From positions 13,640,001 through 13,704,000 of the forward strand of contig OZ116702.1 in NCBI GenBank assembly GCA_964199315.1: a DNA stretch of 64,000 nt. The letters run 5' to 3'. How positions within the stretch are numbered: the first letter of the stretch is position 1; each line of letters opens with the position of its first letter. The notes below the pieces were generated by a model that was not told the DNA's origin, ran no database searches, and saw nothing but the letters and a program-made list of their open reading frames with translations. A program made the position numbers and the translations under genes. This document shows, piece by piece, positions 11,599-22,768 of the stretch. The stretch is from Orbicella franksi. Taxonomy: Eukaryota.

Positions 11599-13225
11599 TT
11601 AATCAAAAAATTCTTTTAGTGAAGATTGTCTCTGTGGTTTTGTTGCCATTCGTAGGAATGTATCTTCCATAGAAGAAAGGGAGTGCAGAAATTCCTTTTT
11701 CTTTTGCACTTGTCTTGTTGAATGACAAAATCAAATTGCGAAGCCCTGTCACAGCCTCGCTAGCTTCGACCAGACTAAGTGGTTTTGGCTCCACTTTAGA
11801 GATGTCTGCATCTGAATCTCCATCTTCTTCCTCATGACTCATCGATTCCACGTTTTGGACTGCCTTCAGGGCTTCCCGTGTTACATCTTCCTCCGTCGGT
11901 TGGCTTTTGGTTACAACATTGTTATCAAGGGATACAAAGTGACTGAATGATATCTCTGCAAGAGAGGGAAAATGGTGGGTAATGTTTCCCCATAGACCGA
12001 CACCAGTTTCATTGGTATCTTCATCTTCCTCGTCTGACTCAAAAGGATCGTGTGAGGGCTCCGCTACTTCAACTGGGAATCCTGCTTTTTTCCGGCAGTT
12101 TTTGATTGTCGTGGTGCTTATATTGTCCCAGGCTTTGGCCATCATAAAGACAGCGTCCTTGAGGTCGATTTCTTTGACAGGTTTATTGTCATCTAAACAC
12201 TGTAACATCTGCCTGATCATTGTCTTGTGATAATTTACCTTAAGGTTCTGGATTATGCCTTGGTCTGCCAGTTGAAGCTTGCTTGTGCAGTTAGGTGGAA
12301 AGAAGATGAGCTTTGTGTTTGTCAGGCCATTGACAATAACATGTGAAGTACAGTTATCTAAAAATAACAGAATATGGCAGTTTGCTACTCTCATCCGTCG
12401 GTCAATTTGATGGACCCATTTTTCAAACAAAACGCTGTCCATCCAGGCTTTTCTTTGAGACTCATAGGTCACGTGGAGCAAGTTCATGTTACTGTTCCTA
12501 AAACACCTGGGTCTGGCATATTTCCCTATCACAAGTAGGGGTAGCTTCTCTGTGCCATCCTGGTTGCAGGCCACAAGGACTGTCACACAATCTTTACTTC
12601 TCTTACCACCGGTGCACTTTTCTCCTCTCAGGTTAAGCATTTGAGTAGGGGTAGCTTTCCACATAAATCCTGTTTCGTCAGCATTGAAACGATCCTTCAT
12701 GCTATAGCTGCGGCAAATATCTGGGAGACACTCGCTACAATTTTCGACAATATCAGGATCTACGCTTTTCTCTTCACCACATACAGCTTGGCCTGTAATT
12801 CCCTGTCTTTCCTTGAATTTTTCTAGAAAGCCATTACTTGCCTTGAAGTTCTCATACCCTAACTGTTGTGCAAAATATAGGGCTTTTTCTTGCAGCAGCG
12901 TTCCACTAACTGGGATGTTCATACCTTGAACCTTCCAAAACCATTCAGACAGTGCTTTGTCAAGATCTGGAAAAGTCACCTGCTTCATCTTCTTTCATTT
13001 GTCTGTGAAGAATCCTCCTTCATAGGCACTAATAATCTCATCCTTTTTCTTCATAATGGTCGAGATTGTAGACTGAGACAAAGGAGGATCAAAACACTTT
13101 GCAGCGACAGTGTTTTTCTCCCCATCCTTGATTGCTTTAACCAGTTTATACTTCTCTTCCAATGTCAGCACCCTTCTCTTCTTGGTCTCTTTTTTTTTTG
13201 GACTGTGACCGCGATGTGGAAGCAC
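11599..13225 (-). pseudogene. Tigger (TIGD4-like) transposase: CENP-B-type HTH + HTH_Tnp_Tc5 + DDE_1
   Basis: KRRVLTLEEKYKLVKAIKDG; LDKALSEWF...ASNGFLEKFKER; FNADETG, LFLDNC, LQLADQGII (DD30D spacing). One in-frame TGA at 12995-12997 (probably from CGA) joins the two track ORFs. A frameshift near the C-terminus hides the ending QSSLKEFFD*. Confidence 0.9.
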
Positions 13226-13519
13226 TAGGAATGGGAACTATTACGCTTTCTTCTGCTGCACTCTCTAGGCTTGCCATAGGACAATATATTAAACTGCTTT
13301 CGATGAAAAGTGCCAAATTCAACAGAGAGATAAAGGCACAAAATACGGCAAGGTATTGCAGGACGTGCTGGAATTTTTGGAATCTAACACCTTTTGATTG
13401 CTCAACAGGGTATCATGTCAACTTTCACAGGAAATTGAAGTTCTCTCGCTATTCACTGTGAAACTAGCGACAGGTAGCGAAACAGTGAAGCGACTTGTTG
13501 AGTTTTAAAACATACAGCA

Positions 13520-13995
13520 ATGAGCAACACAACATATTCTTTTCGATCTTGTATTCGAGGCTACCATGCGTATAAAGATATCTGGGATGCAGCTGTTGGT
13601 GAAGTTCTGGATTGTGAGGTAAGCCCTTAAAAGGAATCGTTTGTAGTTTTGACAGATTATGAGCAAACTGAGTGATTTTACATCTATATTTTATGCAGCA
13701 CGAGCCTGACAACCCACACGACACCCATGCTGTTGCCGTTAGACGGGTTCAAGACCAGGAAGGGACAGAAGGGACGCTTCAGACCGTGGGCCATGTGCCA
13801 TTGACACTTTCACGTGTCTTCCATTTATTTTTAAAGCACGGAGGGCAAATATCAGTGGAAGTGGCTGGTAAACGAAGAAATAAGGGCATTGGACTCGAAA
13901 TTCTAGCAATTTATTCCTTTTGCCACAAGAAGCCATCAAAGATAAAGAAGTTAATAGAACTCATAAAAGACAAAGAGGATAAAGTCGAAATGTAG
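13520..13995 (+). CDS. Spliced HIRAN-like domain protein (131 aa), cargo of the Tigger element
   Basis: Exon 1 13520-13618 MSNTTYSFRSCIRGYHAYKDIWDAAVGEVLDCE; intron 13619-13698 (GTAAG...TTTTATGCAG, phase 0); exon 2 13699-13995 HEPDNPHDTHAVAV...VGHVP...FLKHGGQISVEVAGKRRNKGIGLEI. No stop or frameshift. Confidence 0.8.
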
Positions 13996-15620
13996 ATGCT
14001 TTTATATGTTTGTATGAAATTATGTAAACAGCTGTAATGGGCTGTTGCCCTCGTGTTACAGGATTAAAGAAATGTCATCCTTGTTAGTTTGTTTTGCATT
14101 CATCTTTCGTCACATGTTGACATTTATTCGTTATATTGAGGTATATTTTACGTTTGGGCGTCTGGATTGTGTTCGTCATAACGAGGATTTTGTTATATCA
14201 AGGTTCATTATATCGAGGTTTTGCTCCATACATTTTACTGTAATTTTGGCCGGGCTGAAGAAAATCGTTCATTATATCGAGGACTTCGTTAAATAGAGGT
14301 TCGTTAAATCGAGGTTCCACTGTACAACAATTTTGAGGCAGGAGAGGGCAAGTCTAGGCTGGATTCCCATTTTGCCCACATCAGCCATAAAATTGTACGA
14401 TGGGTACGTTTAGGAAATGACTTGGAAAGTGGGGAACAAATTGCTGATTTGGTTAAGGTAATTTTTTGAATCTCAGTGAATTAAAGGAATGGGGAAAAGG
14501 CCACAAGTGACTTATCTAATTGGATTTTGTACTTCAAACATAAATAAATGGATCATATGGTTGGTCAAAGGGCACCTTAACAGGTGATGTTTATAACAAA
14601 CTTTTCATTGTCAGAAATATGAAATGCATTTAGCAAAAATATGAAATGCAATTACTATAACAAGGGGTATTTAGATTTTTCTGGGTGTTATGCAAGTGCA
14701 TATTACATCTTGCAAGTTTGTAAGATATTTAGTATGAAGCCTTTTTATACTTGCAATCTATGTATGTGTTTAGAGTATTTTTATACTCTCACAATATCAT
14801 TGAGAAAATTAAACTTGACCACTTTAATTTTTTTTCTTGCAGACAATGAAGAATGCATCCTGTAAGAAGTTGACAATTGATCGGTCCAAGGCTAAGAAAG
14901 TAGGCACACTGAAAGACATTTCCCTGTATGGAAATTTCACATTTCCGGTTGAAGGTGCATTAAGTGGTGGTATAATCTTAAGATCCTTGGCTGGCATGTC
15001 GCAGACAATAAGCAAGACAAAGGTTCAGCTTTCTCATATCTCTGGACGTCAAGTTCCAATTGCAGGTGTAACCGGAGCAACAGTAGTAGATGATGACTCA
15101 GAACCTGAACCGAGCTGTCCATCACCTTTCTCAGGCTCCGGTCAAGAAAGCTATGCTATACGATTTATCCAACACACAATGGAACCACCAGCAGCTGCGA
15201 CTCTAATTCCATTGGAGGTTGACCAGTACCCCTCACAGCGACCAGAAATGGGGTATGCGTTAAAGCATAGCACAGGAAAGAGAACCATATTCAGCCAAGC
15301 TCAGAAAGATATAATGATTGAATTTTATAATAGACAAGCAGTAAACTGCATTAGAGCTGAACCAAAAGATGTGATCAAAGCAATGGAAGAAGCAGGCTTA
15401 GAAGTTCTCTCAGCCACCCAGATCAAGTCATGGTGGAGCAGCTACCACTGCAAGAACAAACAAACCACTGCTCAGGCTGGAGTACTCTATTCTGCAGCAG
15501 CAGCACACGTTCCAACTACTGTGGCACAACCAAGTATGGCTGGTGTTAGGACACCAGCTAGAGTGTCATCTGTTACAGTAACACTACCCACAGTGTCACC
15601 TACTGTACAACCAGTCACAC

Positions 15621-16330
15621 CATCGGCCAGTGTAGCACATGCTACTCCATCAGCCAGTGTACCAAGTGTCACACAATCAGCCAGTGTACTAAGTACCACG
15701 CAATCAGCTAGTGTATCTAGTGCGATACAATCATCGAGTGTATCAAGTGCCGCACAATCAGCTAGTGTATCAAGTGCCATGCAATCAGCTAGTGTATTAA
15801 GTGCCATGCAATCAGCTAGTGCATCAAGTGCCACACAATCAGTGAGTGTATCAAGTGCCGCACAGTCAGCTAGTGTATCAAGTGCCACACAATCAGCTAG
15901 TGTATCAAGTGCCACGCAATCAGCTAGTGCATCAAGTGCCACAATCAGTGAGTGTATCAAGTGCCGCACAATCAGCTAGTGTATCAAGTGCCACGCAATC
16001 AGCTAGTGTATCAAGTGCCACGCAATCAGCTAGTGCATCAAGTGCCACAATCAGCTAGTGTATCAAGTGCCACACAATCAGCTAGTGTATCAAGTGCCAC
16101 ACAATCAGCTAGTGTATCAAGTGCCACACAATCAGCTAGTGTATCAAGTGCCACGCAATCAGCTAGTGTATCAAGTACCACGCAGTCAGCTAGTGTATCA
16201 AGTGCCGTGCAATCAGCTAGTGTATCTAGTGCAACGCAATCAGCTAGTGTACCAAGTGCCACGCAATCAGCCAGTGTCCTCTCATCCACTTCCCTGGCCA
16301 GTGTACCACCTACTATACAACCTGCCAGTA
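15621..16330 (+). repeat. 27-bp coding tandem repeat (QSASVSSAT)n, about 26 units
   Basis: Consensus CAATCAGCTAGTGTATCAAGTGCCAC(A/G). Two units are 25 bp (15917-15941, 16023-16047). Confidence 0.95.
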
Positions 16331-16359
16331 TTTGTGGCCATCTCTCAAAATTCAACAAA

Positions 16360-16956
16360 ATGGTGACAGAGTGGTCATTTCCTGAAGACTTCAGTCAGTC
16401 AACAATTGGAGGCAGGAATGGTAGTAATGCCTGTGCCTTCATTTGTTTGTATTTTGGCCAAGTGGCATCAAAAGGTCTTCTGGTCCCAAAGCAAGGATTG
16501 ACATTGTCCAATGTTTGGAGAGAGGTCTTAAAGTGGGCAATAACATCCTGGAATGATTTACACGATGAGTTGTTTGACCATGAAGGAGTAAATGTGAATG
16601 CAGATGAAGCAGTCGAAATTGCAGGAGAAGAATGTGGTGTGGCATGCTTGGGACAACAAAAAGATTTCTTTGGTTCTTCAAAGGAATTACTTGCTGAATA
16701 TCTAAATTCATTAGCACTTGGAGCTCAGAGAAGTTGCCATTTATTTTTCTCTTCTGAAAGGACAATGTTCCTGATGTGTGACAGTGGAAACTTGTACTTT
16801 TTAGACTCCCATTCCCATAAAGACAGCGGAGCCTTGATTGTAAGTGTGCATCCTGGAAATGGAGAGGCATTTACAGAGTGGATCGACAAGATGATGAATT
16901 TTCATTGGCAATGCCCCCTCACTATTGGCTCAATGACTGAGGTTATTTGCAAGTAA
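16360..16956 (+). CDS. Papain-fold cysteine peptidase domain, herpesvirus tegument USP (peptidase C76)-like
   Basis: FSQSTIGGRNGSNACAFIC (Gln 16396-16398, Cys 16432-16434) and YFLDSHSHKDSGALIV (Asp-Ser-His 16804-16812). This resembles the Cys and Asp-x-His (FDPH) arrangement of herpes UL36/BPLF1-type deubiquitinases. The frame is open to the stop at 16956. Confidence 0.6.
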   Translation: MVTEWSFPEDFSQSTIGGRNGSNACAFICLYFGQVASKGLLVPKQGLTLSNVWREVLKWAITSWNDLHDELFDHEGVNVNADEAVEIAGEECGVACLGQQKDFFGSSKELLAEYLNSLALGAQRSCHLFFSSERTMFLMCDSGNLYFLDSHSHKDSGALIVSVHPGNGEAFTEWIDKMMNFHWQCPLTIGSMTEVICK

Positions 16957-17842
16957 AGAACCAATGAAGCTTGTGCAATGCAATATTTTAGGTGCATTTA
17001 CGCTAAGCATGATAATGTATGGGGTGAAAAAAAGTGGATGGAAATGACAATTATGCATTGTAAACAAAACATGCAGCTGCTAGATTCACTTGCATTATTA
17101 TCTTTGACTTGTTTGTCAGTATTGAAATACTTGAAATGGTTTAGCAAATTTTGCATAGTTCAGTTGTTATGCGTAGTTCATGAATCATGTAAGTCATTGA
17201 AATCATTTTTCTAATTTATTTTTATTTTTGAACTCTGAACCATGGATATTTGTTTGCTCAATAGTTTTTTTTTTGGAATAAACAGTCATGAAATAGTTTA
17301 GTTTTTGCTATGAAATGCTTGAATATAGGTACAAATACATTTTTAAGAATTTACGAAGTTATTGGAAAAGGCAACAATTTCTTCAAACAATTTTGTCACA
17401 TTGGAGATGAAATCCCTCAATCTTGGAATGTTGTTGTAGTTTTCTTTCACCAATAAAGGTGAAACATTGTGTAAAGTTAAATGCATCTTACATGAAATTG
17501 ATATTGTGATTTTCAGAGAAAAACATCATTACATTATGTTGAACATAGCACGTCTGCAGCCTCACTTTTTTATCCTACCCACCCCAGTAACCCCACCTCC
17601 CCGGCAAATGAAACTAGAGTATGTTGTTACATGGTCAAAGACCCCTGCCCCACCCCACCTCCACCTTCCCGTAGTTTTCATATCACTAAAAGGCAGTGTG
17701 CAGGTTTGAAACAAATTTATTGCGCTAAAACATTTATTTTTGTCTTTCGTACAAATAATCTGCTATAATGTCAAAATAAAAAGTCTCAAATATAAAATGT
17801 TTCATACAGGATACTGACTCCATTGGACTGAGTATCATCATT

Positions 17843-18181
17843 TTACATCTCAACATCTCTGATCATGCATGCCAGAACAAAACGAATTTGGTTGTAAGAG
17901 ACTTCAGGGAGAGCTTCTTTAACTTTATTCAGGCGGTCTTTCGAAGATAACAATCGTTGAATTTGAGAAAATGACTCCTTGGTAATTTGAAGAAGCTCTG
18001 ACAAGCGGTCCATGTCGATGTCTTTACCGGCAGTGAACGTATCGATCGTATAAACCTCGGCAGTCGCCCTTTGTATTCTCAGGTCGCAGGAGATTTTGCC
18101 AAAATCTTTACCCTTTGAAAAGGCGTCCAAGGCCCTTAACTTGTTATTAGACAAGTTGTTCTTTCCATACAGCTTCACCAA
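17843..18181 (-). CDS. HTH_40 (RecQ C-terminal/YpbB-type helix-turn-helix) protein; a 5' exon probably lies near 18290-18385
   Basis: ALDAFSKGKDFGKISCDLRIQRATAEVY...RLNKVKEALPEVSYNQIRFVLA matches the F-x-x-G-x-S-x-x-x-IA-x-x-R-x-I-x-x-x-T and L-x-x-IKE-x-LP-x-VSY-x-x-IR-x-x-LA pattern. Confidence 0.65.
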   Translation of the reverse strand: MVKLYGKNNLSNNKLRALDAFSKGKDFGKISCDLRIQRATAEVYTIDTFTAGKDIDMDRLSELLQITKESFSQIQRLLSSKDRLNKVKEALPEVSYNQIRFVLACMIRDVEM

Positions 18182-21100
18182 ACGAGATTTCTATGTGGGC
18201 AAAAATGGATCACCAAATTGTGATCAAGTTGTGGGGAATAACTATGGTTCTGCGTGATACACATCCACAATTTGACTGCAAACAAGTTTTACCGAAATAA
18301 GCACTTACAGAAGAAGCCCTTTTCTTTGAAGATGACCCAGCTTCAGAGTTCTGGTCTAGAAACTTCCATTTTCCTGATGAAGCCATGCTACAAAGGTAAG
18401 CAAATCAAATAATCCGGCAAAATATCATGTCCGCATGATTTGCGACTAATCTGCGACGCGACTAGTCTGTGTTCAATCAGAAATTTGACAGCCCAAGCGG
18501 TATCTTTTTGATCGCAGGTCGCTGTCGGACCTCGTACTGCATGCATTGTGCCATAATCTCAATTTTACTGCAAATGGCGCATAGAATCTTAACGATATTT
18601 ACATACATAGTTTTTGAAGCCATAATGATTTTGTCTACAAAACAAAATCTTATTTTGTTAGACGGCAAGTTGATTAAATTTTTCATTGAAATTCAAATTT
18701 CGCGCTTTTAGTTGCTTAGACCAATGAGAACACCAAATTTAATTTGATTAAAAATTTTAGTACCTTAAATTAACCGACGCTATTGCCGTGGGCTATCATT
18801 TTTCTGCCTGCTTCTTAGCTGGACCATTACTAAAAATGTCTGCACTCTGCTTAAAATTTAAAACTCTTCAAAACCTTATTTCATTTCCAGACTGATAGTT
18901 GTTCTACAGAAAAGATCACACCTTCGTTTCCTGCGAGCATGATTGAAAACAATGGCGCTCTTTCAAACTAAAAAGTCACACCTCATTTATAAAGTACTAC
19001 GTGCTCAACTGAAAACAGTTGAGTCAAAATCCGGACATTAAAAAAATGAAAAAGAATAACTTCCATGACGATTGCCAGGTTCCAGAGAAAGATTTATGCG
19101 CGAAAGAACAGAAATTAATTGTTGTACCCAAAGTTCTCCAAACAATGGCGGCAATTATGGTGTGGCTTCAGACAAAGTCCCTCCGGGCTACCAAGAACTA
19201 AAGGCTATTCATTTTTGCTCAAAGTGAGATGTTGAGCAAGAACAATAGGCCATTTCTTGATACACACACCAAATAAATACCTAAATGTATCAAGCAACTA
19301 TTTGAATCGCATATAGAAAACACTTATTGGCAGAAACAAAGAATGGTTTGAATTTCCTGTGCTTTTCATGTTCCTAAATTCCTAGTTCTCATAGAGATTC
19401 ATACTTCAAAAATATATGTAACTCTACCAGAATTTAAAAATGCTGTACATAAGAATAAATTTTTCAGGTTAAAGGAATTATTTTAGGTCCAACGTTTCTT
19501 GAAGAAAAGCATGCCATTTATAACTGCCATTTTCTTAAACCCTTTCCAGAAAAGCAAGAAATATCACTTGGACACCACATTTAGATAAGTACATCTGTAG
19601 CTTATTTTTATTGGGGTTGGGTAGAGGGGAGGGTAAAGGGGAGCAAATTAAAGATATACATGTATAAGTTTTCTGCATTTATTCTTACACCCTTTTAAAA
19701 TATGTGACTATTATCTTTATTTCATATTGCAGGTGAAGTTGTAGTATTGTGCATATGCAAATAACCCAGACAAACACTGCAGTAATATGCAAGTGACAGT
19801 AAGCAGATGTTACTATTAACAACACCATTACTGGTGCTATATGTTTTTATCAGTTGCCAAAAGTAATTTTGAAGGACTTTGTAGAAACTATTTTTAACAA
19901 CACAAGTCACCCTTAAGTTTGCATGGAATTAATCTGAGAATTACTGATGGATGTGGAATACTCCTGCTTACAAAGAGAATTAGATGCTTTCAACACTTGT
20001 GTCAGCTGCCACTTGGGCTGTTGAAACTCATTCTTTGCAAGACATTGGTTACAAGCATATAATTACAGAGTTGGAAACACTTTTAAACTTCATGTAGGTT
20101 TCAAGAATGTCAACAAGTGAAATCCACCTGAACTCACTACCTGTGTCAAACCTTAACACAGAAATGAACCTAATAGCTTTACAGTGAATACAGAAATACA
20201 ACTTCAACTTAAAATTAGCAGCTCCATATCATGTTCATGTATATGAACATATACATGTAAAGTAACATCAGTCCTTTATATTGGGACTACAATTAAATGA
20301 AACTACTAGAACCCTTCATAAAAGAACACAAAAAAGAATGTGTTAATCTCTCTCTATTAATTAAATACAAATCTTGCAATGTTTATTTGAAGTATAAGCT
20401 ATCCTAACTGTTCCAGCTTATACCTGTTGAATTTTCATTCAATTCTTAAAATGGTTGTTATCATGCTGTACTTCTACTACATGTGTGTCCTGCTGCTATA
20501 AAGATTATGTTATTTATAACTCAATAAATAATGTATAATCTGCATGTATAGGAGACTGTTGGCTACAATGTCTCCTCTTAACTTTTGTTGTACATTATGG
20601 TATTCAGTATTTCAGTAAACTTAATTAATAAGAAAGAAACTGTTCCTAATAAAAGCAGTGTTCATCTTGATTTTTGTTGCTGTGCTCTGTTGAAATCTAT
20701 TTCAAATATGTAATATACAATTATTTATTATAAAACGATTTTACGAAAGAACGAATTCAGCCACCTAAATCGTTTCAATAAGCAACCATACTTGGACATC
20801 AGAACCTGTGCATAACATTTGACCAAAAGACATTTAATTTCCTGTTTTTCATTGCAGTACCGAGACGAACTCTACAATGATCAATTCCTCTTCTCTTTTT
20901 ATTCAAATGCCTTTTCTACATTCATCCAATAGGTCATTTCTGAGTTGCCTTTTGTGTCAAAACAACTCTCAGTACGAAACCATTCATACAACTTCCACTA
21001 GCCTGCATAGCTTGGCAGTTTTTAAGCAATTTCAGTGTGCTAAGACAGCAGCGGGCCCACAGTAATGAGTGGCAAAGCCGCAAGGAGCCTGGGAGAGAAC

Positions 21101-21353
21101 CAACTGAGAAACCGCCTGCGTAGATGACTGGCATTTTTTGTTGGCCCAGTACGCTGGTGTACTGGCCATTGCCATTGGATCTGAAGGCTAACACATCAAT
21201 CAAAATTTTTCCTCATCTCTCAAGGGAAAGCTCCAAGGAACAACACTCATTACAATACAGATCTTTGGCATGTAAACAGAAAATAATTGAGAAAGCGTTG
21301 TCAAAAGCGTTATTACACCTGAATATTCTTCACAAATCATCACGAAATTGTTA

Positions 21354-21590
21354 ACTGCCAAAAACAAACAAGAAACAGCCGTAAACAACTTGCCTCATGG
21401 GAAAGATGTGATGGGCGTTCTTGGCCAAAGGTTGATTTTTACCGTGTTTCACTGTATGTGCTCACCAGACAAGAATTGTTGTCTACGGGAACCAGTATTG
21501 TTGTTATTCCGCTGTTAAAGAGCATCACTGATGACCAACTTTCAGAAATATTATAACTGAACTTCACAGCAATGGAATTGTCATCTGATG
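21354..21590 (+). pseudogene. RecQ-family helicase N-terminal fragment (motifs 0/I/Ia)
   Basis: KQETAVNNLPHGKDVMGVL-(deletion)-LIF ... SIVVIPLLKSITDDQLSEI. Confidence 0.5.
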
Positions 21591-22040
21591 TTTTCTGTCC
21601 TTCTGTTGTTTGAGGACTTCAATCATGGCCTGCTTCACTTTCTGCAGGCTCAAGTAGATGAAATTATGAAGTTCAAAAGCGTTTCTTATTATACCTACAC
21701 AGGCATGGCGCACTAGATCAGATGTGTCTGATCTTTCTATTTCTAGACCAATTTCAGATTTCCAACACTGCCATCTTGAAATCCTTCAGAGACCCTGAAA
21801 AGGTTCTGAATGGAAATGTTTAAATTTTCTGAATTTGATCTTGAGCGAACAACAACAAAGTCTACAATTATCCTCTCGATTCCTCCCTTGACAGGCTTTG
21901 CCCTTTGCTGCCATTGAGCAAACACCGCATTGCCATAGCATCGGAGAACATCGGATAGTTTTGTTTTGATAGACTCTACAGTATTGCAGTGACTTTTCCC
22001 TGCCAAGTTGGCTGGAAGTTTCTTATTTAATACTGTTCAG

Positions 22041-22094
22041 GCCCGAACCCGCAGTGGAAGAGTCATACGAGCTCCTAAGAGACTAGACATATAA
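22041..22094 (+). pseudogene. Possible C-terminal tip of a Gypsy pol ORF
   Basis: ARTRSGRVIRAPKRLDI* resembles the typical TRSGR...P.RL end of Gypsy integrase. No other support. Confidence 0.3.
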
Positions 22095-22768
22095 CTTAGC
22101 CACCCCTCCCCAGACATTGTTGAGTTATTGTTGTAATATTATATTATGGTGTGTCTTGTTTGTCGAAAAACATGAGTGATCGCAAGTCAAAGATTTTGAT
22201 TGTAGGCTATTTTGAGTTGTACACTGAGAGTAAGTGAGTGAATCTTTCATTGATACGCGGAGACAAAGACAATACATCTTGAACTGAACAAATACGATCT
22301 ATGCTCTGATCATCTGTGTTAATGAGACTCACAAAACCTGTCATCAGGTTGTCAAAAATGTAATAGGGAGCAGCAATAAAAAATGCGGGTAATTCAGTCA
22401 GGCAGTTCCTCCCGGCTTTGCCGCTTGTTTTTGTGGCTTGGCCACTTTGTGAGCTCGTGCTTAAATCGCTTTAAAAAAATTGCTTAAACCGCCAGGCTGT
22501 GCAGGCTAAACTTCCGCCTACAGGTTCATTTTCATACAAATCAAACTCACTTGCGCACAAAGACTCATTTTGAAACTGAGGCTCAAAGAAACATTCATCC
22601 ATGAGCTGGCTCACAGGAGCCTTTGATTTACTCAAGTAGAGGTAATTTTCCTGCTAAAAATATTAAATGAATAAAGGCCTTAATTTGCATAAATCTGCAT
22701 TTTCTCTTGCTACCCTTCCTCAATATTTCTGCAACACTTTCTCTTGGTTCAGATAGAAGGAGCAGCAT

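Larger units (their letters stand above)
11124..14322 (-). mobile_element. pogo/Tigger DNA transposon, full length (3199 bp)
   Basis: TA TSD (11122-11123, 14323-14324). TIR CAGTGGAACCT(T/C)GATTTAACGAA, 22/23 identical. Subterminal TTCGTTA(A/T)ATCGAGG-type repeats at both ends. Confidence 0.95.
7740..16956 (+). pseudogene. Multi-exon Sola3-like DDD transposase with homeodomain-like module, S/A/T/Q repeat and C76-like peptidase C-terminus
   Basis: Catalytic motifs IIDYKMK...RENQREWYDKRGISLH (D at 10094-10096), FS|DNGPHYHN (spliced 10797/11039) and FEAGEGKSRLDSH (D at 14362-14364). These parallel DWAMK...RESQ...KRGLSWH, xNAGCYHN and GGKGACD of the canonical Sola3 at 46649-53723. Cys clusters CNLCDDFG and CAELC...C..QH. 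Exon 14843 onward has GYALK...FSQAQK...QIKSWWS. Several stops and frameshifts (e.g. CGA>TGA). Confidence 0.75.
7321..18830 (+). mobile_element. Short-TIR DNA transposon with a Sola3-like transposase (contains a 3.2-kb Tigger insertion)
   Basis: Inverted repeat 7320-7347 AGTAATGGTCCGCCTAAGAAGCAGGCAG vs reverse complement of 18804-18831 AGTAATGGTCCAGCTAAGAAGCAGGCAG (26/28), with weaker similarity further in. Flanks are TTAA (7317-7320) and TAAA (18831-18834). CpG-rich stretches lie just inside both ends, with two convergent genes between them. Confidence 0.7.

Noticed and set aside
15487-16366. Alternative-frame repeat ORFs (DTLADCVAL)n and (YQVPHNQLV)n as antifreeze or structural proteins
   Set aside because: They are shadows of the 27-bp repeat. 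Only the QSASVSSAT frame joins real domains on both sides.
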